Part shown: in pieces, positions 21,660 to 31,989 of the stretch | Numbering within the stretch: the first letter of the stretch is position 1 | How the letters are laid out: each line of letters begins with the position of its first letter | DNA from: Desulfatiglandales bacterium | GTDB lineage: Bacteria; Desulfobacterota; DSM-4660; Desulfatiglandales; Desulfatiglandaceae | Length of the DNA stretch: 64,000 nt | Direction: 5' to 3' | Assembly (NCBI GenBank): GCA_963662465.1 | Contig: OY759599.1 | Span: forward strand, 1,280,001-1,344,000 | Notes under the pieces: model-generated | What the model saw: the letters and a program-made list of their open reading frames with translations, nothing else | Told to the model about the DNA's origin: nothing | The model's database searches: none | Program-made: the position numbers and the translations under genes

Positions 21660-23401
21660 GAGTTCTCGATCTCCTTTCCCGCAATGGCGAGGGGTAACGT
21701 AATGGTGAAAACCGTTCCCCCGTTCTGCTCACTTTTGACGTCAATGGTTCCCTCTAACTGTTCTATGAGACCATAGGTAATGGAAAGTCCGAGGCCGGTC
21801 CCGCCCTTTCCCGTCTTTGTGGAAAAAAAAGGCTCAAAAACACGCTTGAGGTCCTTTTCCGAAATGCCGCATCCATCATCGGAGATTGTCAGTGCAATCC
21901 TGTTGTCCCCCGTCATGGCGGCGGTTACTTGAAGATGCCCGTTGTTTTCCATGGCGGCAAAAGCGTTGTTGATGATGTTCAAAATAATCTGTTGCAGCTT
22001 GCCTGCATCCGTATTGATGTCGGGGATGTCATCGGCAACATCAATGGAGACCCTGATGGTCCGATATTCAGCTTCCTTGTTCAGAAACCCAAGGACTTCT
22101 CGAACGATATCCCCAACATTTACGGTCTGAATGCTGACATCCATATGACGGGCAAAGCCCAGCAATCGTTTGGTGATTCTGCCGCACCTGGCCACGGAAG
22201 TAATGATGGAATCCAGCAAATTATTGAACATTTCGTTTTTTGCAGGCTCTTTTTTAAGGAGCAAGAGATCCTTCATTAATCCCGCCTTCTCGTTGATAAT
22301 GGCCAGCGGATTGTTGATTTCGTGGGCCACGCCGGCGGCTAACCGACCGATGGAAGCCATTTTGTTAGCATATTCAATTTGATGAAGACTGACAATCAAT
22401 TTCTGGTCCGACTGGTATATTCTGTTGACCAGGTAGGTGGCCCCCCAGAGAATAACGAACAAAATGAAAGCCACGCTGATGATCAGAAATCCGATGAGTT
22501 CCTTCCGGGTATTGTCCCAGGATTTCAAGAGTTCCGTTTTCTGTTTGACTACCATCAGAATAAAGGGCGTATTCGTAATATACCGGTACCCGATCACAAG
22601 GGGAATGCCCTTTTCCGTGTCCCACTTGAATACCCTTGTTTCCGGTGCAAAATCGGGTATGGGCAATGAAATATGTTCCAGGACCTTGCCGTGGGAACGG
22701 GTTGGCGTTTGCAGAATCCCTTCGTGATTGATGATAAAGGCATCCCCCTGACCGGCCATTTCAAGCTGCGCCAGAAGATCTATGAATTTCTCCGTGTCAA
22801 GGGTTGCTCTGAGAACCCGGAAGGAACCGTTTTCCGCCGGGCCTTTTACCGCAATGACAATATGCGGAACCTGGCGAAAGCCCCTTAATACATCGCTTAT
22901 GAACTCTCCATGTTTGGCGACCTGCCTGAACCACTCCTGCTCACTGTAATCCTTTCCCGTCAGGTGGTAGGGGCCCGCGTATACGCCCTGAATTCCCTGA
23001 TGGTCAATACAGCCCAAATCCACAAAACCGCCAAAGCTCTTTTTTAGATTTTCAAGCACCTGGCCCAGCCGTTCCGGATTTCCATCCATCTGGAAGTTAT
23101 TGTCATGGACAACAAAATTAAGGGCGGACTTTCGTTCATCGAAAAAGTAGGATATGGTCCTGCGGACGTTGGATACAAGCCTTGACGTCGTGAGTAGAAT
23201 TTCGGATTCCACCTCGTGGCGCGTCGCCCTGTAATCCATGACCGCCATGAATATGAGGGGGGCCAGGACAACCGCCGAGGTCAGACAAACCGCCGCATAC
23301 CAGGTGCGTCGAAAGTCAAATTGAGCCCTGTAGGGACCGGCATCGGCATCATGATGATCCCAGAATTGCGGTTTTATCTTTTTCCAGATGTTCATATCCA
23401 A
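21644..23401 (-). CDS. Membrane sensor histidine kinase (Cache-type periplasmic domain, NtrB-like)
   Basis: Two TM segments; AHEINNPL, NIINNA, DDGCG, FEPFFSTK and GTGLGL. Confidence 0.94.
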   Translation of the reverse strand: MDMNIWKKIKPQFWDHHDADAGPYRAQFDFRRTWYAAVCLTSAVVLAPLIFMAVMDYRATRHEVESEILLTTSRLVSNVRRTISYFFDERKSALNFVVHDNNFQMDGNPERLGQVLENLKKSFGGFVDLGCIDHQGIQGVYAGPYHLTGKDYSEQEWFRQVAKHGEFISDVLRGFRQVPHIVIAVKGPAENGSFRVLRATLDTEKFIDLLAQLEMAGQGDAFIINHEGILQTPTRSHGKVLEHISLPIPDFAPETRVFKWDTEKGIPLVIGYRYITNTPFILMVVKQKTELLKSWDNTRKELIGFLIISVAFILFVILWGATYLVNRIYQSDQKLIVSLHQIEYANKMASIGRLAAGVAHEINNPLAIINEKAGLMKDLLLLKKEPAKNEMFNNLLDSIITSVARCGRITKRLLGFARHMDVSIQTVNVGDIVREVLGFLNKEAEYRTIRVSIDVADDIPDINTDAGKLQQIILNIINNAFAAMENNGHLQVTAAMTGDNRIALTISDDGCGISEKDLKRVFEPFFSTKTGKGGTGLGLSITYGLIEQLEGTIDVKSEQNGGTVFTITLPLAIAGKEIENSCAYS

Positions 23402-23418
23402 ATTTTCCGGATTTCCCG

Positions 23419-24648
23419 TTATTCCCCTGCTTCGGTTTTTTGTTTTCTGATCTTGTCATTAGCCTTTTTCAGGGTATCCGTCAAGACTGCAATGTCCACC
23501 GGTTTATGGAGGTAGGCGAAGGCGCCGAGTTCCATGCACACCTTCCGATCGTCTTCGGATCCATGGCCCGTAAGGATAATCACCTCTATGTCGGGACGGG
23601 TCTTTTTGACGCGTCTCAGTACCTCGATGCCGTCGATGCCGGGCATTTTGAGGTCCAGTATCATGACTTCAGGCTCATCGTCGTTCACCATTTTGAGCGC
23701 CGATTCCCCGTCATAGGCGACGGCGGAACCCATATCGCGCATGAGCAGCCTTTCGGAAAGGGTTTGAACGAACTCCCTTTCATCATCCACCAGAAGCACT
23801 TTTGAAGGCGCCTGAAAATCAAATTTGCGGTATATGTCCGACTGGTGGAAGTCTTTCCCTACCCGTGTGTCTACGGACCGGACCCCCGTGACCCTGGCCG
23901 CAATGGATTTCAGTTCATCCTCCAGCCGGCTCAGCATGAGGACATGTTTATTGATGGTAATGGTCACTTTCCCGTCCACGGCATCCACGACCGTATCATG
24001 GCCTTCTCTCGCCAGGGCCACGCTCACTGAGGCTGCCAGCAGAAAGTCCCGCACGGCTTTTTCGGACGCATCCGTGGGTTGAAGCAGGTCTTTTTTCAGA
24101 TACGCGTCGATGGTGGAAACGGCCTTTTCAACATCCGTTTTATCCGTGGGAATAACCATGTCGTAGAGGGAAGCGTCCCAGGGGTCTTTCGTTGCCAGAT
24201 GCGAGTTCACCCATACGGCGCAGTCTCCATCCTGTTTATGAAGCATCGCGATTGCTTCTTTTTCAGACTGGTTCATCTCCTTCATGGCCGCGGCCTTCCT
24301 GAATTTCATATCGGCGATCAGGCAGACCCTGAGGACATGGGTGATTTTTCTGGGAACCAGCTGGCTTGAAAATCCGAAGATGGTAACGTTGCCTTCCAGA
24401 AGCGTCTGCGCAACCGCCAGTTTCAGGTCGGCGATTGAGCGCTCCTTTTCGTGGGTGAAATTGTTGAATACTGACGTTTTAGCGGAAAAGGCGCGTTCGA
24501 TTTTGCTTGTCGAAACGCCGGAAAGAGCGCTCGCTTTTTTGATGATGTCCTTATCCAAAACGATCTCGTAGCCTATCCGTTTTTGAAGTTCCCGAAGGAC
24601 GGGTTCTTCCCTGCAAAATGTACCGCTGAAAATACCGATAACGGACAT
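23419..24648 (-). CDS. Cytidylate-kinase-like domain fused to a C-terminal receiver domain
   Basis: VLRVCLIAD...R and DPWDASLYDMVI pattern; C-terminal LLVDDE, ILDLKMP, LTGH and KP. Confidence 0.8.
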   Translation of the reverse strand: MSVIGIFSGTFCREEPVLRELQKRIGYEIVLDKDIIKKASALSGVSTSKIERAFSAKTSVFNNFTHEKERSIADLKLAVAQTLLEGNVTIFGFSSQLVPRKITHVLRVCLIADMKFRKAAAMKEMNQSEKEAIAMLHKQDGDCAVWVNSHLATKDPWDASLYDMVIPTDKTDVEKAVSTIDAYLKKDLLQPTDASEKAVRDFLLAASVSVALAREGHDTVVDAVDGKVTITINKHVLMLSRLEDELKSIAARVTGVRSVDTRVGKDFHQSDIYRKFDFQAPSKVLLVDDEREFVQTLSERLLMRDMGSAVAYDGESALKMVNDDEPEVMILDLKMPGIDGIEVLRRVKKTRPDIEVIILTGHGSEDDRKVCMELGAFAYLHKPVDIAVLTDTLKKANDKIRKQKTEAGE

Positions 24649-24698
24649 GTCCTAACTCCTTATTTTAACATTGGTTGACGAGGCGCCGTTTTAAAGGT

Positions 24699-26822
24699 TT
24701 AAAGATGGCACGCTGTTAACAACGGGCAGATCTCTTCTTTGCCATCTCGGTGCGTTTCCTCATAAACGGATTGAACCGCTTTTTCCATGGTTGAATAAAT
24801 ATGGTCCTCTCTTATTTTTTCCAGGAAATGGGTTCGCTTGAGTACTTTCATCACGGTTTCGTTTACCCCGCTGAGGGAAATATCAAGCCCGGCGCTCCGG
24901 ATTCGATCCACGAGTAAAGATAGCGTTTCTTCTCCCGAAGCGTCAATATCATTTATGCCGTTGGATACCAGAATAATATGTTTCAGCGTTTTCTTTTTCA
25001 GCATGACGTCCGCGACCTGATCTTCAAGGTAACTGGAGTTTGCAAAAAACAGCGTTCCGTCAAAGCGGAGCATGGCAATGTATTCGCACTCTTTCAGTCC
25101 ATGGTCGGTTGCGCATCTCAGGGCCTGATTCGCATCCCGACTCAAAAAAGCCATTTTCGGCCGCATGCTTTTATAAAGGAATACGATCAGGGAAAGTACA
25201 ACGCCGATCATGATGCCCCGGTCCAGGTGAGGTGCAAAGACAAGCGTACTGATGAAAGCAATAATCGCAATGGCCCCGTCATACCACTGGGCCTCCCATG
25301 CATGGACGAAACCCGAAACGTTGATCAGCCCAATCACGGCCATCATGATGACGGCGGCCAGAACGGACTGGGGCAGATGGTAAAGCAGCGGCGTGAAAAA
25401 AAGCAGGGCGATGACCACCGTTAAACTGGTGAACACGCTGGACAAACCGGATATGGCGCCGCTTTGGAGATTTACCGCGGATCTTGAAAAGGATCCTGAG
25501 GTGGGGTAGCTTTTTCCCATGGCCCCTAAAATGTTGCCCAGGCCCTGTCCGATCAGCTCCTGGTTGGGATCCAGCCGTTGTCCCGTTTTGGCGGCCATGG
25601 CCTTGGCGATGCTGATGGCCTCCATGAAACCCAGAAGCGAGATGATGGCCGCATAGGGCAGCAGATGAAGAATGATCCCCATATCCACCTTAGGCATGCT
25701 TAGCGTGGGAAGCCCTTTTGGGACCACGCCCACCACCATGCCGCCGCCGATCATGAGCAGTTGATCCGTTTCCAGGGCTTTGTTCCCTACTTTTATCCGC
25801 CAGGTGCGGCCATCTCCCTTCGCTCCCTGGGGAAGCTCGCCCCTCAAATAGAATTTGAGTGAACCGTCTGCCTGTTGCGCGCCTTCAAACAGCATATTTC
25901 GAATGGCGAGGCGAACATTGTGGACCTCATGATGAATTTTTGCCATGTTGATGGTGAGGACATTGATTTCATGTTCCGCGTTCATGACCCCGATGATGTC
26001 CTGATTTTTGTTGGCCGCATCCAAGGCTTTTCCCACTTCAGCCCTGTTTTCCGCAAGAGACGGAATAATGCCGACCAATCGATCAAATTCTTCCACCATA
26101 GTCCTGACTTCAGGGGGTTGAATGGTTGAAATATCAACGGTTTTGTTGTGCTGAAAGCCGGTCAGCCAGGATATCAACGTGGTGATTACCACCGCAACCA
26201 GAACATTGGGTATTTTCGGGGATATTCGGCGCAAACCATACATGATGCCAAACGCCAATGCTCCCATGGCAAGCGTGGGCCAGTGGGTATAGTGCCAGGC
26301 GGACTGAATGACGCGCATAATCGTCTCGTAATGGTGCGTTGCCTTGTCCACATAGACCCCGAACATCTTTGAAAGCTGAGACGATGCGATAATAATGGCT
26401 GCGGCATTGGTGAACCCGTTCACCACCGGATGGGACAAAAAATTGACCACCAGTCCCAGCTTCAGGACGCCCAACGCAAATTGGAAAGCGCCTACTGACA
26501 GCGCCAGAAGAATCGCATAGGCGATATAGCCCGGGCTTCCCGCGATTGCAAGGGGTTCAAGGGATGCTGACGTCATAAGGGATACCACAGCCACGGGTCC
26601 CGTGGCCAGTTGGCGGCTCGATCCGAACAGGGCCGCAACCATGGGAGGCAGAAATGAGGCATACAGACCATAGTAGGGCGGCAGCCCCGCCAGTTGCGCG
26701 TAGGCCATGGATTGGGGAATCAGAACAAGGGCAACGGTAATGCCTGAGATAAAATCGGTTCTCAAGCTTGGCAAATCGTACCCTTTAAACCAGGCCATAA
26801 ATGGGAAAAATCTGGTTATCAT
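24699..26822 (-). CDS. SulP family anion transporter with STAS domain
   Basis: IPQSMAYA.LAGLP..YGLY, GSSRQLATGP, NQELIGQG, SFSRSAVN and C-terminal STAS (LFFAN, IDASG). Confidence 0.95.
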   Translation of the reverse strand: MITRFFPFMAWFKGYDLPSLRTDFISGITVALVLIPQSMAYAQLAGLPPYYGLYASFLPPMVAALFGSSRQLATGPVAVVSLMTSASLEPLAIAGSPGYIAYAILLALSVGAFQFALGVLKLGLVVNFLSHPVVNGFTNAAAIIIASSQLSKMFGVYVDKATHHYETIMRVIQSAWHYTHWPTLAMGALAFGIMYGLRRISPKIPNVLVAVVITTLISWLTGFQHNKTVDISTIQPPEVRTMVEEFDRLVGIIPSLAENRAEVGKALDAANKNQDIIGVMNAEHEINVLTINMAKIHHEVHNVRLAIRNMLFEGAQQADGSLKFYLRGELPQGAKGDGRTWRIKVGNKALETDQLLMIGGGMVVGVVPKGLPTLSMPKVDMGIILHLLPYAAIISLLGFMEAISIAKAMAAKTGQRLDPNQELIGQGLGNILGAMGKSYPTSGSFSRSAVNLQSGAISGLSSVFTSLTVVIALLFFTPLLYHLPQSVLAAVIMMAVIGLINVSGFVHAWEAQWYDGAIAIIAFISTLVFAPHLDRGIMIGVVLSLIVFLYKSMRPKMAFLSRDANQALRCATDHGLKECEYIAMLRFDGTLFFANSSYLEDQVADVMLKKKTLKHIILVSNGINDIDASGEETLSLLVDRIRSAGLDISLSGVNETVMKVLKRTHFLEKIREDHIYSTMEKAVQSVYEETHRDGKEEICPLLTACHL

Positions 26823-26859
26823 GCGTTTGGCTCCATATTGTTGAAGTTATATGTTAACA

Positions 26860-27441
26860 TTAACTATTTGTAAGCATTCTTTTGCAAGCGGCTATTAGCT
26901 CACTGGACAGCGCGCCTGCGTTGTAAAGATTATAGCTGTTAAAGCGAACCAGACCATCCGTTAACGTAAAAAGGATCAGTGCGGTTTTTCTGGCCGGCAT
27001 GGCGCCGATGGAACCATCTTCCTGTCCCAGATTGACAGCTCTTTCAAAGATATCCACGAGCCCGTTATAGGTATCTTCAAGATATTCCCGGCAGACCGGA
27101 TTTACTTCGGCCAGTTCATAGGCGTCATGCCGATGGAGCAGCATGAAGAGATCGGGGCTGTGGCCTGCCATGTAGAGATAAAAGGAGGCGACATCCAGAA
27201 CCATTTCAAGTCCCGTTTTAAATTCTTTTTTAGCGGTATATTCATCAAATTCGTTGATGATTTTCAATTTGACCGTTTCCAGAACGGCCAGAAAAAGTGT
27301 TTCTTTGTTTTTAAAATGATAGAAGATGGTCCCTTCCGCGGCCCCCGTCATTTTGGATAACTCGGCCATGGATGCATCCTTGAAGCCTTTTTTGGCAAAA
27401 AGCCATGTGGCAGCTTGGAGGATGGACTCTTTTTTGGACAT
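26860..27441 (-). CDS. TetR/AcrR family transcriptional regulator
   Basis: ILQAA..LF..KGF...SM..L....GTIFYHFKNKE HTH. Confidence 0.93.
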   Translation of the reverse strand: MSKKESILQAATWLFAKKGFKDASMAELSKMTGAAEGTIFYHFKNKETLFLAVLETVKLKIINEFDEYTAKKEFKTGLEMVLDVASFYLYMAGHSPDLFMLLHRHDAYELAEVNPVCREYLEDTYNGLVDIFERAVNLGQEDGSIGAMPARKTALILFTLTDGLVRFNSYNLYNAGALSSELIAACKRMLTNS

Positions 27442-27467
27442 ATTCGTAACCCCTGCATTTCTACTTC

Positions 27468-27497
27468 GAAAACCAATTGAGCGCTCAGTCGGTTTTC
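27468..27497. promoter_or_regulatory. Palindromic putative TetR operator
   Basis: GAAAACCAATTGAGC|GCTCAGTCGGTTTTC, 13/15 inverted match, 26 bp upstream of the tetR start. Confidence 0.6.
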
Positions 27498-27653
27498 AAC
27501 TTAATTAAGTTTTTTGCTGAGGTCAAGAAAAAAAGTCTCGTGGGCTGCCGGTAACGCGGAAAAATCTGGGTAGATTTCAAATCAAGGTGTTTGTATGATA
27601 AATAGGTTGTTATTCTGGCAATGTGGGTAGTTCTGGTGTCTTTAATTCCTTTT

Positions 27654-27713
27654 GTTCCCATGCGCCGGTGTGGGAATACATCCCCTATGGGTTCCCCGGC
27701 GAGCATGGGAATC
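27654..27713. repeat. Degenerate REP-like doublet (GTTCCC...GGGAA family)
   Basis: GTTCCCATGCGCCGGTGTGGGAAT and GTTCCCCGGCGAGCATGGGAATC; related to the hairpins at 54426 and 60573. Confidence 0.55.
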
Positions 27714-27773
27714 AGGTTAACAATCTGAGTTGTTGCTCAGTATATTTCCGGTCAAACAGCGCAAATGCGCATA

Positions 27774-29201
27774 TTACAGAATGTCTCCCGGCTCATATCG
27801 GGCCTCTTTCGCATATCGGTTGAGCAGGGAGGACGCCTTTGTTGCCACCCTCTGGATTTGCTCGGATGCGTTCCCGACAAAATGTTTTTTGTCCGCCAGG
27901 ATGCCGTTGATCCGGGTTTCCGTGATGCCGGCCGCTTTGAATACCGCATCATTGGCGAGTCTTTCGGACAGCTCGGGCGATGCCCCCTCCTGCCGCATGG
28001 CCATGGCTTCGGCTACGGCATGGCGTTTGATGGCGTCATGGGCCGTTTCCCTTCCGACGCCTGCCTTGATCGCCGTCATGAGGATTTCGCTGCTGGCCAG
28101 AAATGGCAGATATCGATCCACCTCTTTTTCGATGATCACCGGGTATGCGCCCATGTTTTTGAGGACCGTGAGGGTGGTTTCGCATAAGCCGTCAGAGGCA
28201 TACAGGGCGTCGGGCATGATGATTCTTCGCACTACGGAACAGGATACATCCCCTTCTTCCCACTGGTCTCCCGCCAGCCGGGACGCGCCGTCAACGTACA
28301 TCTTGATCAGGGTGGAAAACCCGCAGATTCTCTCGGCGCTTCTGGTATTCATCTTGTGGGGCATGGCGCTGGACCCCACCTGTCCCTCCTTGAAGCCTTC
28401 GGTCACCAGTTCATAGCCGCTCATGAGACGCATGCCTTTGGCAAAGTTCTCACAGGCGCTTCCCACGAAGGCCAGCTGGCTAAGGAGCGCGTAATCGAGG
28501 GATCTTGGATAAACCTGGCCCGTGGAATCCAGGACGCGCTCAAAGCCTAAGCTTTGGGCTACCATTTTTTCCAGCATGTAAACTTTTTCAGCGCTTCCCA
28601 GCAGGGTGAGCATGTCAAACTGGGTGCCCACCGGACCTTTGATGCCGCGAAGGGGGTAGGTCGTCAGGAAACTTTCAAAATTTAACATGTGGGTGAGCAG
28701 TTCTTCGGCCCACATGGAAAACCGTCGTCCCAGAAGGGTGGGTTGTGCGGCCTGATGATGGGTTCGGGCCGTCAGGACAATGTCCTGGTATTCATGGGCG
28801 CGATCCAGCATATGCCTGAGGACGGACATATAGCGGCCAAGGATGATCCGGGACCCCTTTTTGAACTGCATCTGTTCCACATTATCGGTGAGGTCGCGGC
28901 TGGTCATGCCCTTGTGAATATGTTCCGCTTTGCCCGAAGCCTTTACAAACCCTTCGATTTTGGCTTTGACGTCGTGCTTGGTTTCAATCTCCCGTTGTTT
29001 GATGAAGCCCATGTCAATGTCGTTCCTGGCGGTTTCGTAACCTTCGATCACGTCGGAGGGAATGGGAAGTCCCAGTTTTTGCTGGGCCTTCATCACGGCA
29101 ATCCAGAGGTCCCTTTCAGCCCGGATTCTCCCCTTTTCAGAAAAGATGCCATTGATTTCGGGGCCGGCATATCGTTGGGATAGTACGTTGGTATTTGACA
29201 A
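27774..29201 (-). CDS. purB: Adenylosuccinate lyase
   Basis: HDVKA, HKGMTSRD, RTHHQAAQPT and GSSAMPHKMN signature. Confidence 0.95.
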   Translation of the reverse strand: MSNTNVLSQRYAGPEINGIFSEKGRIRAERDLWIAVMKAQQKLGLPIPSDVIEGYETARNDIDMGFIKQREIETKHDVKAKIEGFVKASGKAEHIHKGMTSRDLTDNVEQMQFKKGSRIILGRYMSVLRHMLDRAHEYQDIVLTARTHHQAAQPTLLGRRFSMWAEELLTHMLNFESFLTTYPLRGIKGPVGTQFDMLTLLGSAEKVYMLEKMVAQSLGFERVLDSTGQVYPRSLDYALLSQLAFVGSACENFAKGMRLMSGYELVTEGFKEGQVGSSAMPHKMNTRSAERICGFSTLIKMYVDGASRLAGDQWEEGDVSCSVVRRIIMPDALYASDGLCETTLTVLKNMGAYPVIIEKEVDRYLPFLASSEILMTAIKAGVGRETAHDAIKRHAVAEAMAMRQEGASPELSERLANDAVFKAAGITETRINGILADKKHFVGNASEQIQRVATKASSLLNRYAKEARYEPGDIL

Positions 29202-29381
29202 TTTTTGTCCTCCGTCTGTTTAATGAAATCAAATTTCTTTCTTGACTACGTCCGTTTGCCTGCTCTATCTTCCCTCGATAAGGTTTTTGAGGTCAGTGGG
29301 TGTTCATCCATTGAGGATTCCAGGAAACGGATCGGTTTACGAACCAGAGATTGCGGAAAAAGGCGTTAATAGTCAAGCATT

Positions 29382-30170
29382 ATGATATCATTCCCCAGGA
29401 TAGATCCCAGTATCATCGAGCTGGGTCCGTTTAAGCTCAGATGGTACGGACTCATGTATGTCTTAGGTTTTCTGTCGGCCTATTTTTTGATCGGCGCTCA
29501 GGAAAAAGCGCGCCGACTGGGCCTTCAGGAAAAATTGTTGCAGGACCTCATTTTTTATATGGCATTGGGATTGGTGGTGGGGGCCCGCCTCGGTTATATC
29601 CTGTTTTACCAGTTTGCGAATCTGGGGCACTACCTTCGGCATCCACTGGAGATTATTGCCGTCTGGCACGGCGGAATGTCTTTCCATGGCGGCCTGATCG
29701 GCGTCGTGGCGGCTACCATTCTGTTTTGCCGCATTCATGATTTGCCCTTTTTGCGGGTGGCGGATACGGTCATTGTGACGGCGCCCGTGGGCCTTTTCTT
29801 CGGTAGAATGGGGAATTTTATTAACGGTGAGCTTTACGGTCGGGCAACCTCGGTCCCCTGGGCCATGGTTTTTCCATCAAGCCCCGGTGTGCCGCGGCAC
29901 CCATCGCAGCTTTACGAGGCCGGGCTTGAAGGCGTGGTGCTGTTTATTGCTTTGTGGGCGCTCAAAGATCGAAACAAGCTGCCCGGCGCCCTGGTGGCCC
30001 TTTTTCTTGCGGGATATGGCGCCATGCGTTTTGTGGTGGAATTTTTTAGGGCGCCGGATGCCCATATCGGACTCTTTTTGGGTTTTTTTTCCATGGGGCA
30101 ATTCCTATGTCTGGGCATGATCCTGGCGGCGGGCATTCTTTGGGCCCTGTTGCCGCGTGACGGGAAATGA
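29382..30170 (+). CDS. lgt: Prolipoprotein diacylglyceryl transferase
   Basis: WYGLMY, GGMSFHGG, GRMGNFINGELYGR, HPSQLYE and RF.VEFFR. Confidence 0.96.
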   Translation: MISFPRIDPSIIELGPFKLRWYGLMYVLGFLSAYFLIGAQEKARRLGLQEKLLQDLIFYMALGLVVGARLGYILFYQFANLGHYLRHPLEIIAVWHGGMSFHGGLIGVVAATILFCRIHDLPFLRVADTVIVTAPVGLFFGRMGNFINGELYGRATSVPWAMVFPSSPGVPRHPSQLYEAGLEGVVLFIALWALKDRNKLPGALVALFLAGYGAMRFVVEFFRAPDAHIGLFLGFFSMGQFLCLGMILAAGILWALLPRDGK

Positions 30171-30203
30171 AAATCTTCAAACAAGCGCGCGTGAACATCT
30201 TTT

Positions 30204-30292
30204 GTAACCGTTCACGGTTGCCGGTTTACAGTTGCCGGTTCACGGTTTTTCAATTGTTTTTCAACCGGCAACCGTAAACCGTGAACGGTTAC
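30204..30292. repeat. 89-bp palindromic element made of degenerate heptamers with a perfect 16-bp terminal inverted repeat
   Basis: GTAACCGTTCACGGTT ... AACCGTGAACGGTTAC; inner units TTCACGG/TTGCCGG/TTTACAG and their complements. Confidence 0.8.
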
Positions 30293-30315
30293 CATCTTTT
30301 ATTGTGCAGGGGGGA

Positions 30316-31962
30316 ATGAAGTTGCGTTCGGATATCCTGAAAAAAGACATCGAGACACTGCCGCACCGGGCTTTATTAATGTCCGCGGGTTTAACGGAAA
30401 ATGATTTTGAGCCAGGCAAACCCTTTGTGGGTGTGGCAAACAGCTACAACAATATCATACCCGGTCATATTCATCTAAATGCGCTGACCCGTGAGGTTAA
30501 AAGAGGCATTCGAGATGCCGGCGGCGTCCCGTTGGAATGGGGGGTCCCCGGCGTTTGCGATGGGATTGCCATGTATGTGGAAATGCGACTGAGCCTTCCC
30601 AGCCGGGAGCATATCGCGGACAACATCGAAATCATGGTGCTGTCCCATTCCCTGGATGGGTGGGTGGGGGTGACGAGCTGCGACAAAATTACGCCCGGTA
30701 TGCTCATGGCGGCAGGACGTCTGGATCTGCCGGCGGTGATCCTGACCGGCGGACCCATGAAAGCCAATGTGATTGACGGTGAAAAACACCATCCCATCGA
30801 AGGATTCGGCTTGGTGGGACAGGTGAAAGGCGGCCGAATGACAGCCGCCGAGGCGGAACGGATGCTCCCTGCCATGACCTGTGGGGCAGGCTCCTGCGTG
30901 GGTCTTTATACGGCCAATACCATGGCGGTGGTGGCGGAAGTGCTGGGCATGTCGGTGACAGGTTGCGCCACGACCCCGGCCCTGGATCCGTTAAAAAAAG
31001 AGCAGGCCTATGAATCGGGAAAGCGTGTGGTGGAATTGATCAAAAAAGACATTCGGCCCCGGCGCATCATGACGGAGGGGGCCTTTGAAAATGCCATTCG
31101 TATCGATATGGCCATGGGTGGCTCAACCAACGCGGTGTTGCACATTCCTGCAGTGGCGAGGGAGGCCGGCATCCATATCGATCTGGCGCTCTTTGATAGA
31201 ATTGCCGGAGAGACGCCTCATCTTTGCGCCATTATTCCCGCCGGCGCCCACGAGATGGCGGATATCCACGGGGCGGGCGGCGTCCCGGCCGTCCTGAACC
31301 GTCTGCGGCATATGCTCAAGGATTCCCCGACGGTAAACGGGCACTCCATTGCCGCTATCGCCGCGCTGGGGAAAGCCATGGATGAGGATATGATAAGGCC
31401 CATCGAGAGGCCCTATCATCTTCAAGGGGGGATTGCCGTACTGAAAGGCAATATTGCCAACAGCGCGGTGATCAAGCAGACGGCCGTGGATGCGGACATG
31501 CAGGTACACAGAGGCCCCGCAAAGGTGTTTTATACGGAAAAGGCGCTTCTGGAAGCCATTGAAAATCGGGGAATTTCCGAGGGAGATGTGATTGTATTGC
31601 CTTTTCAGGGGCCTTGCGGCGCCCCGGGAATGCCCGAGATGCTGACGCCCACCGACGCCATAAAGGGCGCCGGCTACAGCAGGGTGGCTTTGATTACGGA
31701 TGGAAGGTTTTCCGGCGCCACCAGCGGCCCGTGCGTGGGGCATGTTGAGATGGAGGCCTTTAACGGGGGTCCCATCGGCGTCATCGCGGATGGGGATATG
31801 ATAGAGATCGACATTCCCAACAGGCGATTGAACGTCCGGTTGAGTGATGCCGAGATTGAAAACCGGTTGAAACGCGTCAGACCGCCGGAGCGGGATCTGA
31901 CGCCGTTGCTGAGGCGTTACAGGGAGCAGTTCCGGGGTGTTAACTGTTATGGGAAGCCGTAA
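30316..31962 (+). CDS. ilvD: Dihydroxy-acid dehydratase
   Basis: [41 protein letters not shown] and TDGRFSG; start trimmed to MKLRSD. Confidence 0.94.
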   Translation: MKLRSDILKKDIETLPHRALLMSAGLTENDFEPGKPFVGVANSYNNIIPGHIHLNALTREVKRGIRDAGGVPLEWGVPGVCDGIAMYVEMRLSLPSREHIADNIEIMVLSHSLDGWVGVTSCDKITPGMLMAAGRLDLPAVILTGGPMKANVIDGEKHHPIEGFGLVGQVKGGRMTAAEAERMLPAMTCGAGSCVGLYTANTMAVVAEVLGMSVTGCATTPALDPLKKEQAYESGKRVVELIKKDIRPRRIMTEGAFENAIRIDMAMGGSTNAVLHIPAVAREAGIHIDLALFDRIAGETPHLCAIIPAGAHEMADIHGAGGVPAVLNRLRHMLKDSPTVNGHSIAAIAALGKAMDEDMIRPIERPYHLQGGIAVLKGNIANSAVIKQTAVDADMQVHRGPAKVFYTEKALLEAIENRGISEGDVIVLPFQGPCGAPGMPEMLTPTDAIKGAGYSRVALITDGRFSGATSGPCVGHVEMEAFNGGPIGVIADGDMIEIDIPNRRLNVRLSDAEIENRLKRVRPPERDLTPLLRRYREQFRGVNCYGKP

Positions 31963-31989
31963 AACGGCTGAAAACAGGAGAATGTCATT

